From positions 97,642 to 161,641 of the forward strand of contig JBBTRF010000001.1 of NCBI GenBank assembly GCA_038065315.1: DNA of 64,000 nucleotides, in the 5' to 3' direction. Below are positions 19,701-29,311 of the stretch, piece after piece (position 1 is the stretch's first letter; each line of letters starts with the position of its first letter). The notes under the pieces were generated by a model, which saw nothing but the letters and a program-made list of their open reading frames with translations, did not search any database and was not told the DNA's origin. This stretch comes from Patescibacteria group bacterium. Lineage in GTDB: Bacteria; Patescibacteriota; Minisyncoccia; Phycocordibacterales; JBBTRF01. The translations under genes and the position numbers were made by a program.

Positions 19701-20033
19701 ATGCAAAATCAAAACACGTTTCTTGCTGGTCTCGTTGCGCTCCTTGTCGGTCTCATTCTCGGTTATTGGCTCAACACCCCGGACGTTTCTTCAAACATGC
19801 ATGGTGCAATGGGTGGCATGATGAGCGAATTGGAAGGGAAGACAGGTGGGGATCTCGAGAAAGCGTTTCTTGAAGAAATGATCGTGCACCATGAAGGGGC
19901 AGTGGTAATGGCACAGACCTTGCTTGCAGGTACCAAGCGACCAGAGTTGGTGAAGCTCGGCAACGACATCGTCACCGCCCAGACAGGTGAGATTGCGATG
20001 ATGAAAGAGTGGCTTAAGACCTGGTTCAAGTAG
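19701..20033 (+). CDS. DUF305 (CopM-like, ferritin-like) protein
   Basis: FLEEMIVHHEGAVVMA, IVTAQTGEIAMM. Confidence 0.88.
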   Translation: MQNQNTFLAGLVALLVGLILGYWLNTPDVSSNMHGAMGGMMSELEGKTGGDLEKAFLEEMIVHHEGAVVMAQTLLAGTKRPELVKLGNDIVTAQTGEIAMMKEWLKTWFK

Positions 20034-20156
20034 GAGAGTAGGGTTGATTTCAATCAGGCAGACATTGACAGATATCTAAAATCTGGCATAGTAAATACAG
20101 TCTCGGATCAGCTTGCACTCACGCAAGAGTCCGGAAGCCCGCACCTTGACCTGCCT

Positions 20157-20684
20157 ATGAAAACCCTCCTGTCGGTCTTGTTCGCTCTCGCCACCTTTTG
20201 CGCCTCTATCCAGTCGGTCGATGGGGCAACCAACGATCTGGCGAATGTCCCCGATACGTTCCTTATTCCCACCAACAAAGTGGAGTGGACATGCTCCGCC
20301 GCAATCCTCGGCCCGCTTGTCACCAACGACGTCGCCTACGTCGTGAAGAACGTCCAAACGAACCGCTGCGGCGTGTTCGTGGTCTCGTATCCCGCGCAAC
20401 TGCCTTCGCCGGCGCCGATCATACTCGAGATCCTACAAGACTCAAGCCTCCAAAACAAGTCCTTCCGTCTCATCACCCGGAAGTCATCGATCATTCCAGG
20501 GGGCCAGCCAGGAACTCCGGAGATCGAGATGGTCGAGCATGTCGAAGTATCCTTCTCGCCGGAGCGAGGGAGCACGTTCTTCGCCTACGTGAATATCGGG
20601 AAGATTCCTTTCCGGGACAACCGTGTCATGTTCGGTCGCATTTCCGGTCCAGAACTGGAGCGCCGCATCAAAGGCGGGAAGTAG
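20157..20684 (+). CDS. Hypothetical secreted protein
   Basis: Signal peptide; own TTGACA promoter and terminator. Confidence 0.65.
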   Translation: MKTLLSVLFALATFCASIQSVDGATNDLANVPDTFLIPTNKVEWTCSAAILGPLVTNDVAYVVKNVQTNRCGVFVVSYPAQLPSPAPIILEILQDSSLQNKSFRLITRKSSIIPGGQPGTPEIEMVEHVEVSFSPERGSTFFAYVNIGKIPFRDNRVMFGRISGPELERRIKGGK

Positions 20685-20813
20685 GAAACATCGACTCGTT
20701 TGCAGTAGCTGTCGGCCTCAACCGGTCGGCAGTTTTTTATTATCAAAATCCAAGAAATGAAAAATGGTGCGACAGTTGCCTGTCGCACCATGTGAGTCGA
20801 GTCGCGCTGCTGA

Positions 20814-21440
20814 TTACTCGCCGTTATTGCCGCCGCGCTGACGCTGGCGCTGACGAGCCACGCTCTGCTGGAGGAACTTCAGGAGTGAGTCCGGCTGGTC
20901 GCCGCCGAAGAACATCCTCAGTGGGTTGTCATCACCACGTTCGCGCGCCACGGTGACGTGCCAGTCAGCGCGCAGACCGAGGGTCCTGGTGTCGAGCTTC
21001 GTGCCGATCTCGGCTTCGACTTGGGCCCAGAACAGCTTCATCGCGGTCTGGGAAAGGTCCAGCAAGTGGTCCTTTTGGTATTTCACGATCTCGACCTCAC
21101 TGGGGGTCTTCGGGTTCGGAACACATTCAGCACGCCCGATAAGTTCGTTGGCGAGGCGGAAGAATTCCTTCGCCCGCGGTGAACCGATCTGGTGGACGCA
21201 CTCTTCACCGAGCACGTTGATGGGCTCGAGGGGATGAAACATGCTCTCGCTCGGGGAGATCTTGCCCGCATAAATCCGGGCGACCTCCTCCGTGAAGTCG
21301 AGCGAGGCTAGCTGCCACGGCGATCGGGTGTCCTCGCGGAAGGTGCCCGGCGCCTGTCCGCCAGCGGTCGGCGGAGGGGGAGTGCTGGTCGTGATCCGGT
21401 TTTTCTTGCGGATCTTGAGGGCGGTGGTTGCAGTGCTCAT
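20814..21440 (-). CDS. Hypothetical protein
   Basis: 208-aa ORF with TTGACA promoter (~21560) and terminator ATGGTGCGACAG/CTGTCGCACCAT. Confidence 0.65.
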   Translation of the reverse strand: MSTATTALKIRKKNRITTSTPPPPTAGGQAPGTFREDTRSPWQLASLDFTEEVARIYAGKISPSESMFHPLEPINVLGEECVHQIGSPRAKEFFRLANELIGRAECVPNPKTPSEVEIVKYQKDHLLDLSQTAMKLFWAQVEAEIGTKLDTRTLGLRADWHVTVARERGDDNPLRMFFGGDQPDSLLKFLQQSVARQRQRQRGGNNGE

Positions 21441-21619
21441 ACGTTGCGGTGTCTGTATTTTTGTTGAGCCGACTCCTGGTCGGCGGTCAGGTTCATGTAT
21501 GCCCCACTCGGGGAATACGGTTCAAGGAGAACATTAGCACACGCAATATATATATGTCAATGCTTGTTCTATACCCATTTTCCCTACGAAAAGGGTCAAA
21601 TCTCCGATACAATACAGCA

Positions 21620-22078
21620 ATGAAGCAAGCCGGTCTTACTCTGGTGGAAATGGTGGTTGTCGTGGCTATTGTTGCCATGATCGCCGCCTTAGCTACGGTG
21701 TCTTTCAGTACGGTCACGGCTCGCCAATCTCTCGACAAAAGTACTGATGCAGTGGTGGCAGTGTTGGATCAGGCCCGCTCACTCACTGTGTCGGCGAAAG
21801 GTGCAGTGGCTTATGGTGTCCGTCTCCTCTCCACTGGCCCAGTGCTATTCGTCGGCTCCATATACGATGCCAACGCTAGCACAAACAAACCCCTCGTCCT
21901 CGACCCGCGGCTCTCCCTCTCAAACATTTCTCTCAATGGGGCAGGGCAGGATGTTTTGTTCAACAAACTCACCGGCACCACTACTCAGAGCGGTACCTTT
22001 CGCGTGACCCTCACTGCGACACCGACGAGCTATCGAACCGTCACGGTGTATGCTACTGGCATCGCTGAGGCGCAATAA
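21620..22078 (+). CDS. Type IV minor pilin (FimT/GspH-like)
   Basis: Class III signal G/LTLVEMVVVVAI; ATG 21620. Confidence 0.88.
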   Translation: MKQAGLTLVEMVVVVAIVAMIAALATVSFSTVTARQSLDKSTDAVVAVLDQARSLTVSAKGAVAYGVRLLSTGPVLFVGSIYDANASTNKPLVLDPRLSLSNISLNGAGQDVLFNKLTGTTTQSGTFRVTLTATPTSYRTVTVYATGIAEAQ

Positions 22079-22079
22079 T

Positions 22080-22589
22080 ATGAACATGACATTATTGAAA
22101 ATTGTGAAAAACAGGAAACAAGGTTTTGGCCTGGTGGAGGTGCTTGTCGCGGTGGCGATCATTGCGATCACCTCGGTCTCCATTTTTAATGTGTATACCG
22201 CCTATTTACGTGCAGAATTGAACAATGTCAAAGCGGTGAAAGCGGCCTTTCTGATGGAAGAGGGACTCGAAGTGGTGCGCCTGCTCCGCGATACGAGCTG
22301 GACCTCATATATCGCACCGGTCACGGCGAGCACTACCCAGTATTTGAATTGGACTGGTTCGGCCTGGCAATTCACCACCACTCCGCAGATGATCGATGTG
22401 CGGTATGCACGCACCGTGGTGTTCACTACAGTGTATCGCGACAGCAACAACCGCATTGCCGCTACTGGAACGCTCGACCCGAATACTCGCGGCTTCACTG
22501 TGGCGGTGGCTTGGCCGGACGACAACACTGCACTGTCTACCACCATGAAGCAGATTTCCAGCTATATCACGAACCTGTATGGAAATTAG
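22080..22589 (+). CDS. Type IV minor pilin (PilV-like)
   Basis: G/FGLVEVLVAVAI, EEGLEVVR. Confidence 0.88.
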   Translation: MNMTLLKIVKNRKQGFGLVEVLVAVAIIAITSVSIFNVYTAYLRAELNNVKAVKAAFLMEEGLEVVRLLRDTSWTSYIAPVTASTTQYLNWTGSAWQFTTTPQMIDVRYARTVVFTTVYRDSNNRIAATGTLDPNTRGFTVAVAWPDDNTALSTTMKQISSYITNLYGN

Positions 22590-23121
22590 CCCATCTAAAA
22601 ACAAAAGCGGCTCACGTCGCCGCGCCGCCTGTGGCTTTTCGATGGTGGAGATGCTCATCTATCTCGCCCTTCTCACCTCGGTGACGGTCTTTTTGGTGAA
22701 TGGTATCTCCGCACTCACGAAAAGTTATGCTGATATTCGCCTCGCCAAGGCAGTATCGTCCTCGGCGAGTGCAGCCTTGCAGCGCATTATCTATGAGACT
22801 CGACAGGCGAGCTCGATCAATCTCGCTGGCAGTACTTTTGGAGCGAATCCTGGTGTGCTCAGCCTGGTGAGTGAAAACGCAAGTGGTGCAACCACGACCA
22901 TAGCGTTCACGGTGAGCAATGGGGTGCTTCGTGTGAGTCGTAGCGGCATAGACGAAGGCCCACTCACGCTCTCCGGCGCGTCGGTGACCAACTTCACCCT
23001 AGCTTTGCTCCAAAACAGCGTCTCCAACGGCGTGCGCATTACGCTCACCGTCCAAAGTAGCTTCGGTGTGAAGACTCGCACCGAGACGTTCTACACTACC
23101 GCAGTCACTCGTAATATGTGA
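22579..23121 (+). CDS. Type IV minor pilin (PilW/GspJ-like)
   Basis: G/FSMVEMLIYLAL, ALQRIIYETRQA. Confidence 0.88.
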   Translation: MEISPSKNKSGSRRRAACGFSMVEMLIYLALLTSVTVFLVNGISALTKSYADIRLAKAVSSSASAALQRIIYETRQASSINLAGSTFGANPGVLSLVSENASGATTTIAFTVSNGVLRVSRSGIDEGPLTLSGASVTNFTLALLQNSVSNGVRITLTVQSSFGVKTRTETFYTTAVTRNM

Positions 23122-25442
23122 TGATTATGGTAATACGATCCTTTATGAAATTGAAATCAAGAAATCTTCAGTCCGGCCAGGTAATGATCGCCTCAGTGAT
23201 CTTCTTCCTTGGTATTGGTCTGGCCATTCTCACCGGTGTGTCACAGACCACGCTTCGCGATCTGCAGGGAAGCCAAAATGTCGTGAAGTCTCGAGAAAGC
23301 TATGCCGTGGCGGAAGCACTTCATGAGGACGTGCTCTACCGTCTCCAAAACGGTATGAATGTCAGTGCAACAGAAAATCTCACACTCAATGGCTATACTG
23401 CCTCGACTACCGTCACCGATGTTTCTGGCGGCAAGCAGGTCACCAGTACCGGCGACCGCGACAGCTATATCAAAAAGGTCAGTTCAATGGTGACTACCGG
23501 CATGGGGGTGTCTTTCAATTACGGCGTACAGGCGGGCGAAGGGGGTATTGAGTTGCAGAACTCATCTTCTATTCTCGGCAACGTATACTCCAACGGACCG
23601 GTCACCGGGTCCGCTGCGGTGAATAACAGCAACGCTGCTAGCCCCGGACTTTCCGGCTCAGCCACGGTCTCGAGCGCGTCAGCTGGCGGTGCCGCAAGCT
23701 TCGATTTTTCCGCCGACGGCAGATATGCGTACGTCTTGAGTTCGAACAGCTTTCAGATTGTCGACCTCAACAACCCGACAACGCCAACCGTGGTGGGTTC
23801 GGTGACCACCAACTACGGCTCGAATCCGTATCACAACACGCTCGTTACCTCTGGGAATTATCTGTACATCACCTCGCTCAACTCCAGCAATCTAGACATC
23901 TACAATATCACCTCGCCAACTAGCCCGACACTCGTGATGCAATTGGCTCTTGGCGGATCGGGAAAGAACGGGCGTATTGCAAATGGCTACCTGTATATCC
24001 CACTTTTCAACAGTACAGTCACAAAGATTGTGAATATTTCGAATCCTACGCAGGCCGCGGTAGTGGGCACGATCAGTACCGTCGCGAACCCAGTCTGGGT
24101 GACGATCAACGGAAACTATCTGTACATTGGACACGATCTCAATGGCAACTACGGCAGCATCTACTCCTACACTCTCGGGAATCCTGCCAGCCCGACCTAT
24201 GTCGGTGTGATGCCCGCGGGTACGATGTATAGTCGCACGTATACGCCGTACATTGCCGGACAGTATATGTACGTCATGTCCTATATTTTGAGCGGCATGT
24301 ACGTGTTGAGTTTATCCAATCCCGCCGTGCCGACGGTGGTGTATGCGACTGCGGCAAACAGTATTCTCGAGCCGCAGTCCATAGATGGTGGCGCAGGGTA
24401 CCTCTATGTCGGTGTATTTAATACTCACAACACCAGCCAGAGATCCCTCGATGTGTGGAGCCTGGCTAATCCGGCCTTGCCGGTAAAGGTTTCGACGACA
24501 AATATTTCTAGCAACGGTGGACCAAACACAGTGAAGGTGAAGAATGGTGCCGTTTTTGTATTGAACGGCGCAAATAATGCTTCGAGCGCCTTCCAGTCGT
24601 ACGGCGCGATGGGTTCTGGTGGCAATACGATCACTGGTACTGTTGTGTCGGCTGGTTCGACAGGGAGCGTGACGCGAATCAATGCGGCGGGTACTGCGGG
24701 ATCGATGTACGCAAAAACAATCACCGATTCAGTAGTCACCAAAGACGCGTACTATCAAACCATTACCGGCTCTAGCGTCGGCGGAGTCTCGTATCCGGGC
24801 AGTGCCAATCAAGCAACCTCGAGCATGCCGATTTCTGAGGCTACTATTGATCAGTGGGAAACTGACGCTGCGGCGGGAGGGGTGCTGACTACACCGTGTC
24901 CGTACAAGATCACCTCTACGGTCACGCTCGGTCCGGTGAAGATTAATTGCGACTTGGAGCTTAGTAACAACGGTATACTGAACTTATCCGGCATGGTGTG
25001 GGTAAAGGGAAATGTGTTCATCAAAAATAGTGCGACGATCAATATTAGTCCATCTATATCAGGGCGGACAGCCGCTGTCATTGCTGACAATCCAACAAAC
25101 CGCACTTCCAGCAGCAAGGTTGAGTTGACCAACACCTCTACGTTTCTTGGGTCGGGGAACAATTCCTATGTAATGGTTGTGTCGCGCAACAAGAGTGCCT
25201 CGCTTGGCGGTGGGGAATTCGCCATAAAAGTCGGTAATTCTATCTCAGGAAAGCTTCTTGTGTATGCTCCGAGTGGGATGATTGAAATTGAAAATAGCGC
25301 CAGCTTGAAAGAAGCGACGGGCTGGAAATTGCGACTGAAGAATAGTGCCTCAGTAACCTATGAGTCCGGGTTGGCGAACCTACTGTTCACTTCTGGTCCG
25401 TCGGGCGGATATCAGATCGATAGCTGGCAAGAGGTGCAATAA
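23118..25442 (+). CDS. PilX-like minor pilin/adhesin with internal LVIVD-repeat beta-propeller
   Basis: G/QVMIASVIF lacking Glu5, SYAVAEA motif; about 7 YLY...NPxxPxxVG repeats; beta-helix-like C-terminus. Confidence 0.75.
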   Translation: MMIMVIRSFMKLKSRNLQSGQVMIASVIFFLGIGLAILTGVSQTTLRDLQGSQNVVKSRESYAVAEALHEDVLYRLQNGMNVSATENLTLNGYTASTTVTDVSGGKQVTSTGDRDSYIKKVSSMVTTGMGVSFNYGVQAGEGGIELQNSSSILGNVYSNGPVTGSAAVNNSNAASPGLSGSATVSSASAGGAASFDFSADGRYAYVLSSNSFQIVDLNNPTTPTVVGSVTTNYGSNPYHNTLVTSGNYLYITSLNSSNLDIYNITSPTSPTLVMQLALGGSGKNGRIANGYLYIPLFNSTVTKIVNISNPTQAAVVGTISTVANPVWVTINGNYLYIGHDLNGNYGSIYSYTLGNPASPTYVGVMPAGTMYSRTYTPYIAGQYMYVMSYILSGMYVLSLSNPAVPTVVYATAANSILEPQSIDGGAGYLYVGVFNTHNTSQRSLDVWSLANPALPVKVSTTNISSNGGPNTVKVKNGAVFVLNGANNASSAFQSYGAMGSGGNTITGTVVSAGSTGSVTRINAAGTAGSMYAKTITDSVVTKDAYYQTITGSSVGGVSYPGSANQATSSMPISEATIDQWETDAAAGGVLTTPCPYKITSTVTLGPVKINCDLELSNNGILNLSGMVWVKGNVFIKNSATINISPSISGRTAAVIADNPTNRTSSSKVELTNTSTFLGSGNNSYVMVVSRNKSASLGGGEFAIKVGNSISGKLLVYAPSGMIEIENSASLKEATGWKLRLKNSASVTYESGLANLLFTSGPSGGYQIDSWQEVQ

Positions 25443-25444
25443 GA

Positions 25445-25552
25445 GGCTCCTGAGGTTATTTGAAAAGGCACGCCATATATTTCTGCTGAAATATTGGCTC
25501 CTCTCGCCACCGTCGTGGCTGCGAGAGGCCTTTTCAAATAACCTCAGGAGCC
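25445..25552. mobile_element. 108-bp MITE/REP-like element with perfect 25-bp terminal inverted repeats
   Basis: GGCTCCTGAGGTTATTTGAAAAGGC (25445-25469) / GCCTTTTCAAATAACCTCAGGAGCC (25528-25552); two internal hairpins. Confidence 0.6.
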
Positions 25553-25606
25553 CATTGTCATTGTTGGAGCTTCGTAACTAACACACCGGAAAGCTGCGCA
25601 GAAAAC

Positions 25607-25951
25607 CTACTTACTCGCCAAATCGGGGCGATCGGCTTCTGAGCTGAATTGCTCAGCACGCTCATCTTGTCGCGCCTCATGCTCCCTCATCCAGCTTCCG
25701 CTGGTATCATTACTAATTTTATTGGCTCCTTCGCCAAGCTTTCGCGTGTGGCGACTTCGGCCGTCATCCATAGGTGCGTTCCTTTTCAAATCCTCCCATG
25801 ACGGCGTATTCTTCACGACTTCTTGTATACGGGCGAAGGCCGCCTTTGTCTCTGCGGACTCACGCGCTGTTTTCTCTTCTGACGTCTCGATCAACACCGC
25901 CTTTCCCGGTTGCCGGCTTTCTTCAAAAAGGGGAATCTGTTCGAATGACAT
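25607..25951 (-). CDS. Hypothetical charged protein
   Basis: 114-aa ORF co-oriented downstream of yqeY. Confidence 0.55.
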   Translation of the reverse strand: MSFEQIPLFEESRQPGKAVLIETSEEKTARESAETKAAFARIQEVVKNTPSWEDLKRNAPMDDGRSRHTRKLGEGANKISNDTSGSWMREHEARQDERAEQFSSEADRPDLASK

Positions 25952-25980
25952 GGGGGTGTTGTTGGTCTTGGGGTTACCGG

Positions 25981-26433
25981 TTACTTAAACAAGCTCTCGA
26001 CGGCCTCCTTCACCACCATACCATCGGCCTTGCCCTTGAATTCTTTCATCAGCATGCCGGTGAATTTGCCGACCGCGGTTTTGTCTTTCATGCCGAGCTC
26101 GGCTTGACGGACTTTAGCGATCTTCAACACTTCCTCGTAGCTCATCATCTGAGGGAGGAAGGCTTCGAGGATGGTGAGCTCGGCTTTCTCGGCATCCACG
26201 AGGTCCTGCCGGCCACCCTTGCCGAATTGGTCGATCGAGTCCTTGCGCTGCTTCACGGCACGCTTGATGAGGGCGAGAGCATCGTCATCGGAGAGGTGCG
26301 GGCCAGTGATTTTCTTCGCTACGAGCTCGTTCATGAATGAAGCCAGTAGTCCGCGAAGTACCGAGAGGCGGACTGCGTCTTTCTTGATCATCGCCTCCTT
26401 CATTTTCGTCTGGATGGTTTCGTGTAGTAGCAT
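25981..26433 (-). CDS. GatB/YqeY domain protein
   Basis: KQRKDSIDQFGKGGRQDL, EKAELTILEAFLPQMMS. Confidence 0.92.
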   Translation of the reverse strand: MLLHETIQTKMKEAMIKKDAVRLSVLRGLLASFMNELVAKKITGPHLSDDDALALIKRAVKQRKDSIDQFGKGGRQDLVDAEKAELTILEAFLPQMMSYEEVLKIAKVRQAELGMKDKTAVGKFTGMLMKEFKGKADGMVVKEAVESLFK

Positions 26434-26492
26434 AGTGAATTTAGTATACCGCAAAGGCCCCATTTTGGCACGAGATTTGGTATACTATTCGC

Positions 26493-27629
26493 ATGTCGCA
26501 GACCACCATCTCACTCCTTGTCGCCATCGGGGCACTCCTTCTTGCGGGAAACGGTTTTTTGATCTGGAAATTGTTGAAAGGGAAGTCTGAAGCGGAGGAA
26601 CCAAAAGAAGACACGGGCCTGAAACTCATTCTCCAGCAGATGAACGAGCTCTCGCGAGTGGTGGACAACAAGCTCGGCGACAATGTCCGCCAAATGGGCG
26701 AATTTTCGAAAGTGGTGGATTCGAAGATGAACGAAAGCGCGCGGCATATGAACGACACCATTCGCGGTCAATTTGATGTGTCGCAAAAACTACTCAAAGA
26801 AGTGACCGAAGGACTTACCAAAATGGAAGAGGGAAATCGCCAAGTGGTGTCTTTTGCTGACCAGCTTCAGGGCTTGCAGGATATTTTGAAAAATCCGAAG
26901 CAGCGCGGCATCCTCGGTGAATATTATTTGGAGACGTTACTCAAAAATGTGTTGCCGCCCGGCCAGTACCAGATGCAATATGCTTTTGCGAATGGTGAGA
27001 TAGTAGACGCGGCCGTGTTTGTGAAAGACAAAGTGATCCCGATTGACTCCAAGTTTTCCCTTGAAAATTACAACCGTATGGTGGAGAGCCGCGACGCTGC
27101 CGAGAAGGATCGTTTGAAGAAGCTATTTGAGAACGATCTGAAATTGCGTATTCAGGAAACCTCAAAATACATTCGGCCAAACGAGGGTACGATGGATTTT
27201 GCTTTCATGTTCATCCCGCATGAGGCTATCTACTATGACCTGCTGGTGAATACGATTGGTGGTGGTGCCGGCGGTGCCGATGGCGACGAAAATCTCATCC
27301 AGCGGGCGGCAGGGAAGTACAAGGTGATTATTGTCTCGCCGACGTCTTTCCTGGCGTACTTGCAGACCGTCCTACAGGGCCTCAAGGCGATGCAGATCGA
27401 GGAGCAGGCCAAAGACATCGTGAAGCGTGTCTCGGAGCTCGGCAAGCATTTGAAGACGTATGAGGAGTATCACGGCAAGCTTGGTAATTCTCTCACTACC
27501 GTAGTGAACCATTTCAACAATGCCGGCAAGGAATTTAAGAAAATCGACAAAGATGTGATGCGCATCACAGGCGCGTCTGTGGGTATCGAGGCGTTGGTGC
27601 TCGACAAGCCGGACTCGGATGAGGTATAG
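26493..27629 (+). CDS. rmuC: DNA recombination protein RmuC
   Basis: KQRGILGE, IDSKFSL, FAFMFIPHEAIY, VSPTSF. Confidence 0.92.
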   Translation: MSQTTISLLVAIGALLLAGNGFLIWKLLKGKSEAEEPKEDTGLKLILQQMNELSRVVDNKLGDNVRQMGEFSKVVDSKMNESARHMNDTIRGQFDVSQKLLKEVTEGLTKMEEGNRQVVSFADQLQGLQDILKNPKQRGILGEYYLETLLKNVLPPGQYQMQYAFANGEIVDAAVFVKDKVIPIDSKFSLENYNRMVESRDAAEKDRLKKLFENDLKLRIQETSKYIRPNEGTMDFAFMFIPHEAIYYDLLVNTIGGGAGGADGDENLIQRAAGKYKVIIVSPTSFLAYLQTVLQGLKAMQIEEQAKDIVKRVSELGKHLKTYEEYHGKLGNSLTTVVNHFNNAGKEFKKIDKDVMRITGASVGIEALVLDKPDSDEV

Positions 27630-27636
27630 TGGTGTT

Positions 27637-27849
27637 CGAGCTGATTCTTCGGTTGTCAGTAGGATTCCAAAAGGATCGGCAGGGAGGTGCTTTTTGAACA
27701 GAGGCTCCGTTTCCACATGCCTCAGAGGCTTCAAAAAAACCGATCTGGGCCGCTACAGACATTGCGGTCTGGAACCATAGAAATGTAGGAATCCGCAACA
27801 AGCCTCGCACGCACTCTGTAACCCACCGAGTTGCGCGCGAGGTCTTTTT
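27637..27849 (+). ncRNA. Putative structured ncRNA (~210 nt; 6S-like candidate)
   Basis: TCGACA-18-TATAGT promoter, nested stems, terminator hairpin plus T-run, no credible ORF. Confidence 0.55.
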
Positions 27850-27905
27850 ACTGGCCGTCTTGCAGGACTTGCCTTTATTTCGCTTTTATGTAGAATAGTG
27901 GGACT

Positions 27906-28223
27906 ATGAACGAATTTGCAGTAATCCAGACGGGCGGCAAGCAGTACAAGGTCTCTGTCGGAGACGTTGTTTCTATTGAGAAGCTCGACGCCGTAAAGGT
28001 GGGCGACAAGGTCACTTTCGACAAGGTGTTGCTTACCGACAACGGCAAGGAGACCATCGTGGGTGCCCCTTTTATCGCTGGCGCCAAGGTCACCGGCACT
28101 CTCGCCTCAGAAGGCCGAGCAAAGAAGATCGACGTCATCCACTACAAGCAGAAGAGCCGATATTTCAAGAAGAATGGTCACCGACAGCCGTTTGTGACCG
28201 TGAAGATTGAGGCGGTGAAGTAA
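27906..28223 (+). CDS. rplU: 50S ribosomal protein L21
   Basis: IQTGGKQYKV, GHRQPF. Confidence 0.98.
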   Translation: MNEFAVIQTGGKQYKVSVGDVVSIEKLDAVKVGDKVTFDKVLLTDNGKETIVGAPFIAGAKVTGTLASEGRAKKIDVIHYKQKSRYFKKNGHRQPFVTVKIEAVK

Positions 28224-28250
28224 AGAAGCGCGCGGAATGCGCGAAAAGAA

Positions 28251-28280
28251 AACAAAAAACGCCGCAAGGCGTTTTTTGTT
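28251..28280 (+). terminator. Intrinsic terminator after rplU
   Basis: AACAAAAAACGCC-GCAA-GGCGTTTTTTGTT. Confidence 0.85.
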
Positions 28281-28434
28281 TGTGGAGAATAATGTCAAAA
28301 AGAAAACCCGTCCGCATGGCTGCGCGACGGGTTCGAATTTGCCACCCCTGTGAGGCTAGTCCTCACAGGGGTTTTCTTTGCAAAAAAGAAAGCCGCAGGA
28401 CGTATCCTGCGGCTTGGTGAAGTGTTGAATGGTC

Positions 28435-29109
28435 TCAGGCCCAAATCCTGGCCGAGTATCCTGCGGGAACCTCGAGCGAAGTAGGATTGACCCCATCCCA
28501 CTTGATTAGTCCGTTTGCCACCAAGCTGGTGATGCGCGGTTGATGGAGATGCTCTTGCTGATTGACCCGCGTAGCGAGGGTGTCAGGGGTATCGTCTTCA
28601 TTGATCTTCACAAGGCCCCGAAAGAAGACCGGGCCGCGGTCGTATTCTTTCGTGACGAAATGCATGGAGACCGCAGAGTGCGTGACGCTGCGTTGCCTGA
28701 AGGCAGCGATCACCGCTTCGTGCACGTGATGTCCGTAAAGACCAGGCCCGCCAAATGCAGGAAGTGGCCCCGGATGGATATTGATGACTGTCCGCGGATT
28801 AAAGCGGGTCTTCAGATCAAGACCGGTGACGAGCTTGAGCCAGCCGGAGAGTGCAAAAAGATCAGCACCCGATTGGTCGGCTATCCGCTGGTATGCCTCG
28901 GCATTCCAGGGCTTTGGAAAGTGGATGAACGGGACACCTAGCTTGTCGGCCCGCATCCGCACTCCGCCGCCCGGGTGATTCGAGACCACTGCTTGGATGT
29001 TCGCATCAAGGACTCCTACTCGAGAGGCGAGGACGAGCTTTTCGAAGCCCGACCCACCGCCATTTTCTGGGTTGCCTGTTGCAAAGACGAGGATGTTCGG
29101 TTTGTTCAT
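28435..29109 (-). CDS. purN: Phosphoribosylglycinamide formyltransferase-like (PurN family)
   Basis: INIHPGPLPAFGGPGLYG, HFVTKEYDRGP; catalytic N-x-H and D retained. Confidence 0.8.
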   Translation of the reverse strand: MNKPNILVFATGNPENGGGSGFEKLVLASRVGVLDANIQAVVSNHPGGGVRMRADKLGVPFIHFPKPWNAEAYQRIADQSGADLFALSGWLKLVTGLDLKTRFNPRTVINIHPGPLPAFGGPGLYGHHVHEAVIAAFRQRSVTHSAVSMHFVTKEYDRGPVFFRGLVKINEDDTPDTLATRVNQQEHLHQPRITSLVANGLIKWDGVNPTSLEVPAGYSARIWA

Positions 29110-29311
29110 TTGGTATTCCTTCCACTGAGTTTTCAATCACTACCAGAGAAATCTTTGTCTAGACCAAGCTTACATTACTGAGTATAAAATTAATTGTCAA
29201 CATTTTGACTTCGCTCTCCGAAACAACTTCAGGGTGGAGATAAAATTTCCTTTATTCTTTCTTTATCTTTTTCGCATTGCAACGGATTTTGCGGGTCGGT
29301 AGAATTAAGGG

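Noticed and set aside
17733-20033. Integrative island or prophage at tRNA-Glu
   Set aside because: No integrase or phage genes; the att-like duplicate is only 160 bp from the tRNA and does not enclose the hic genes
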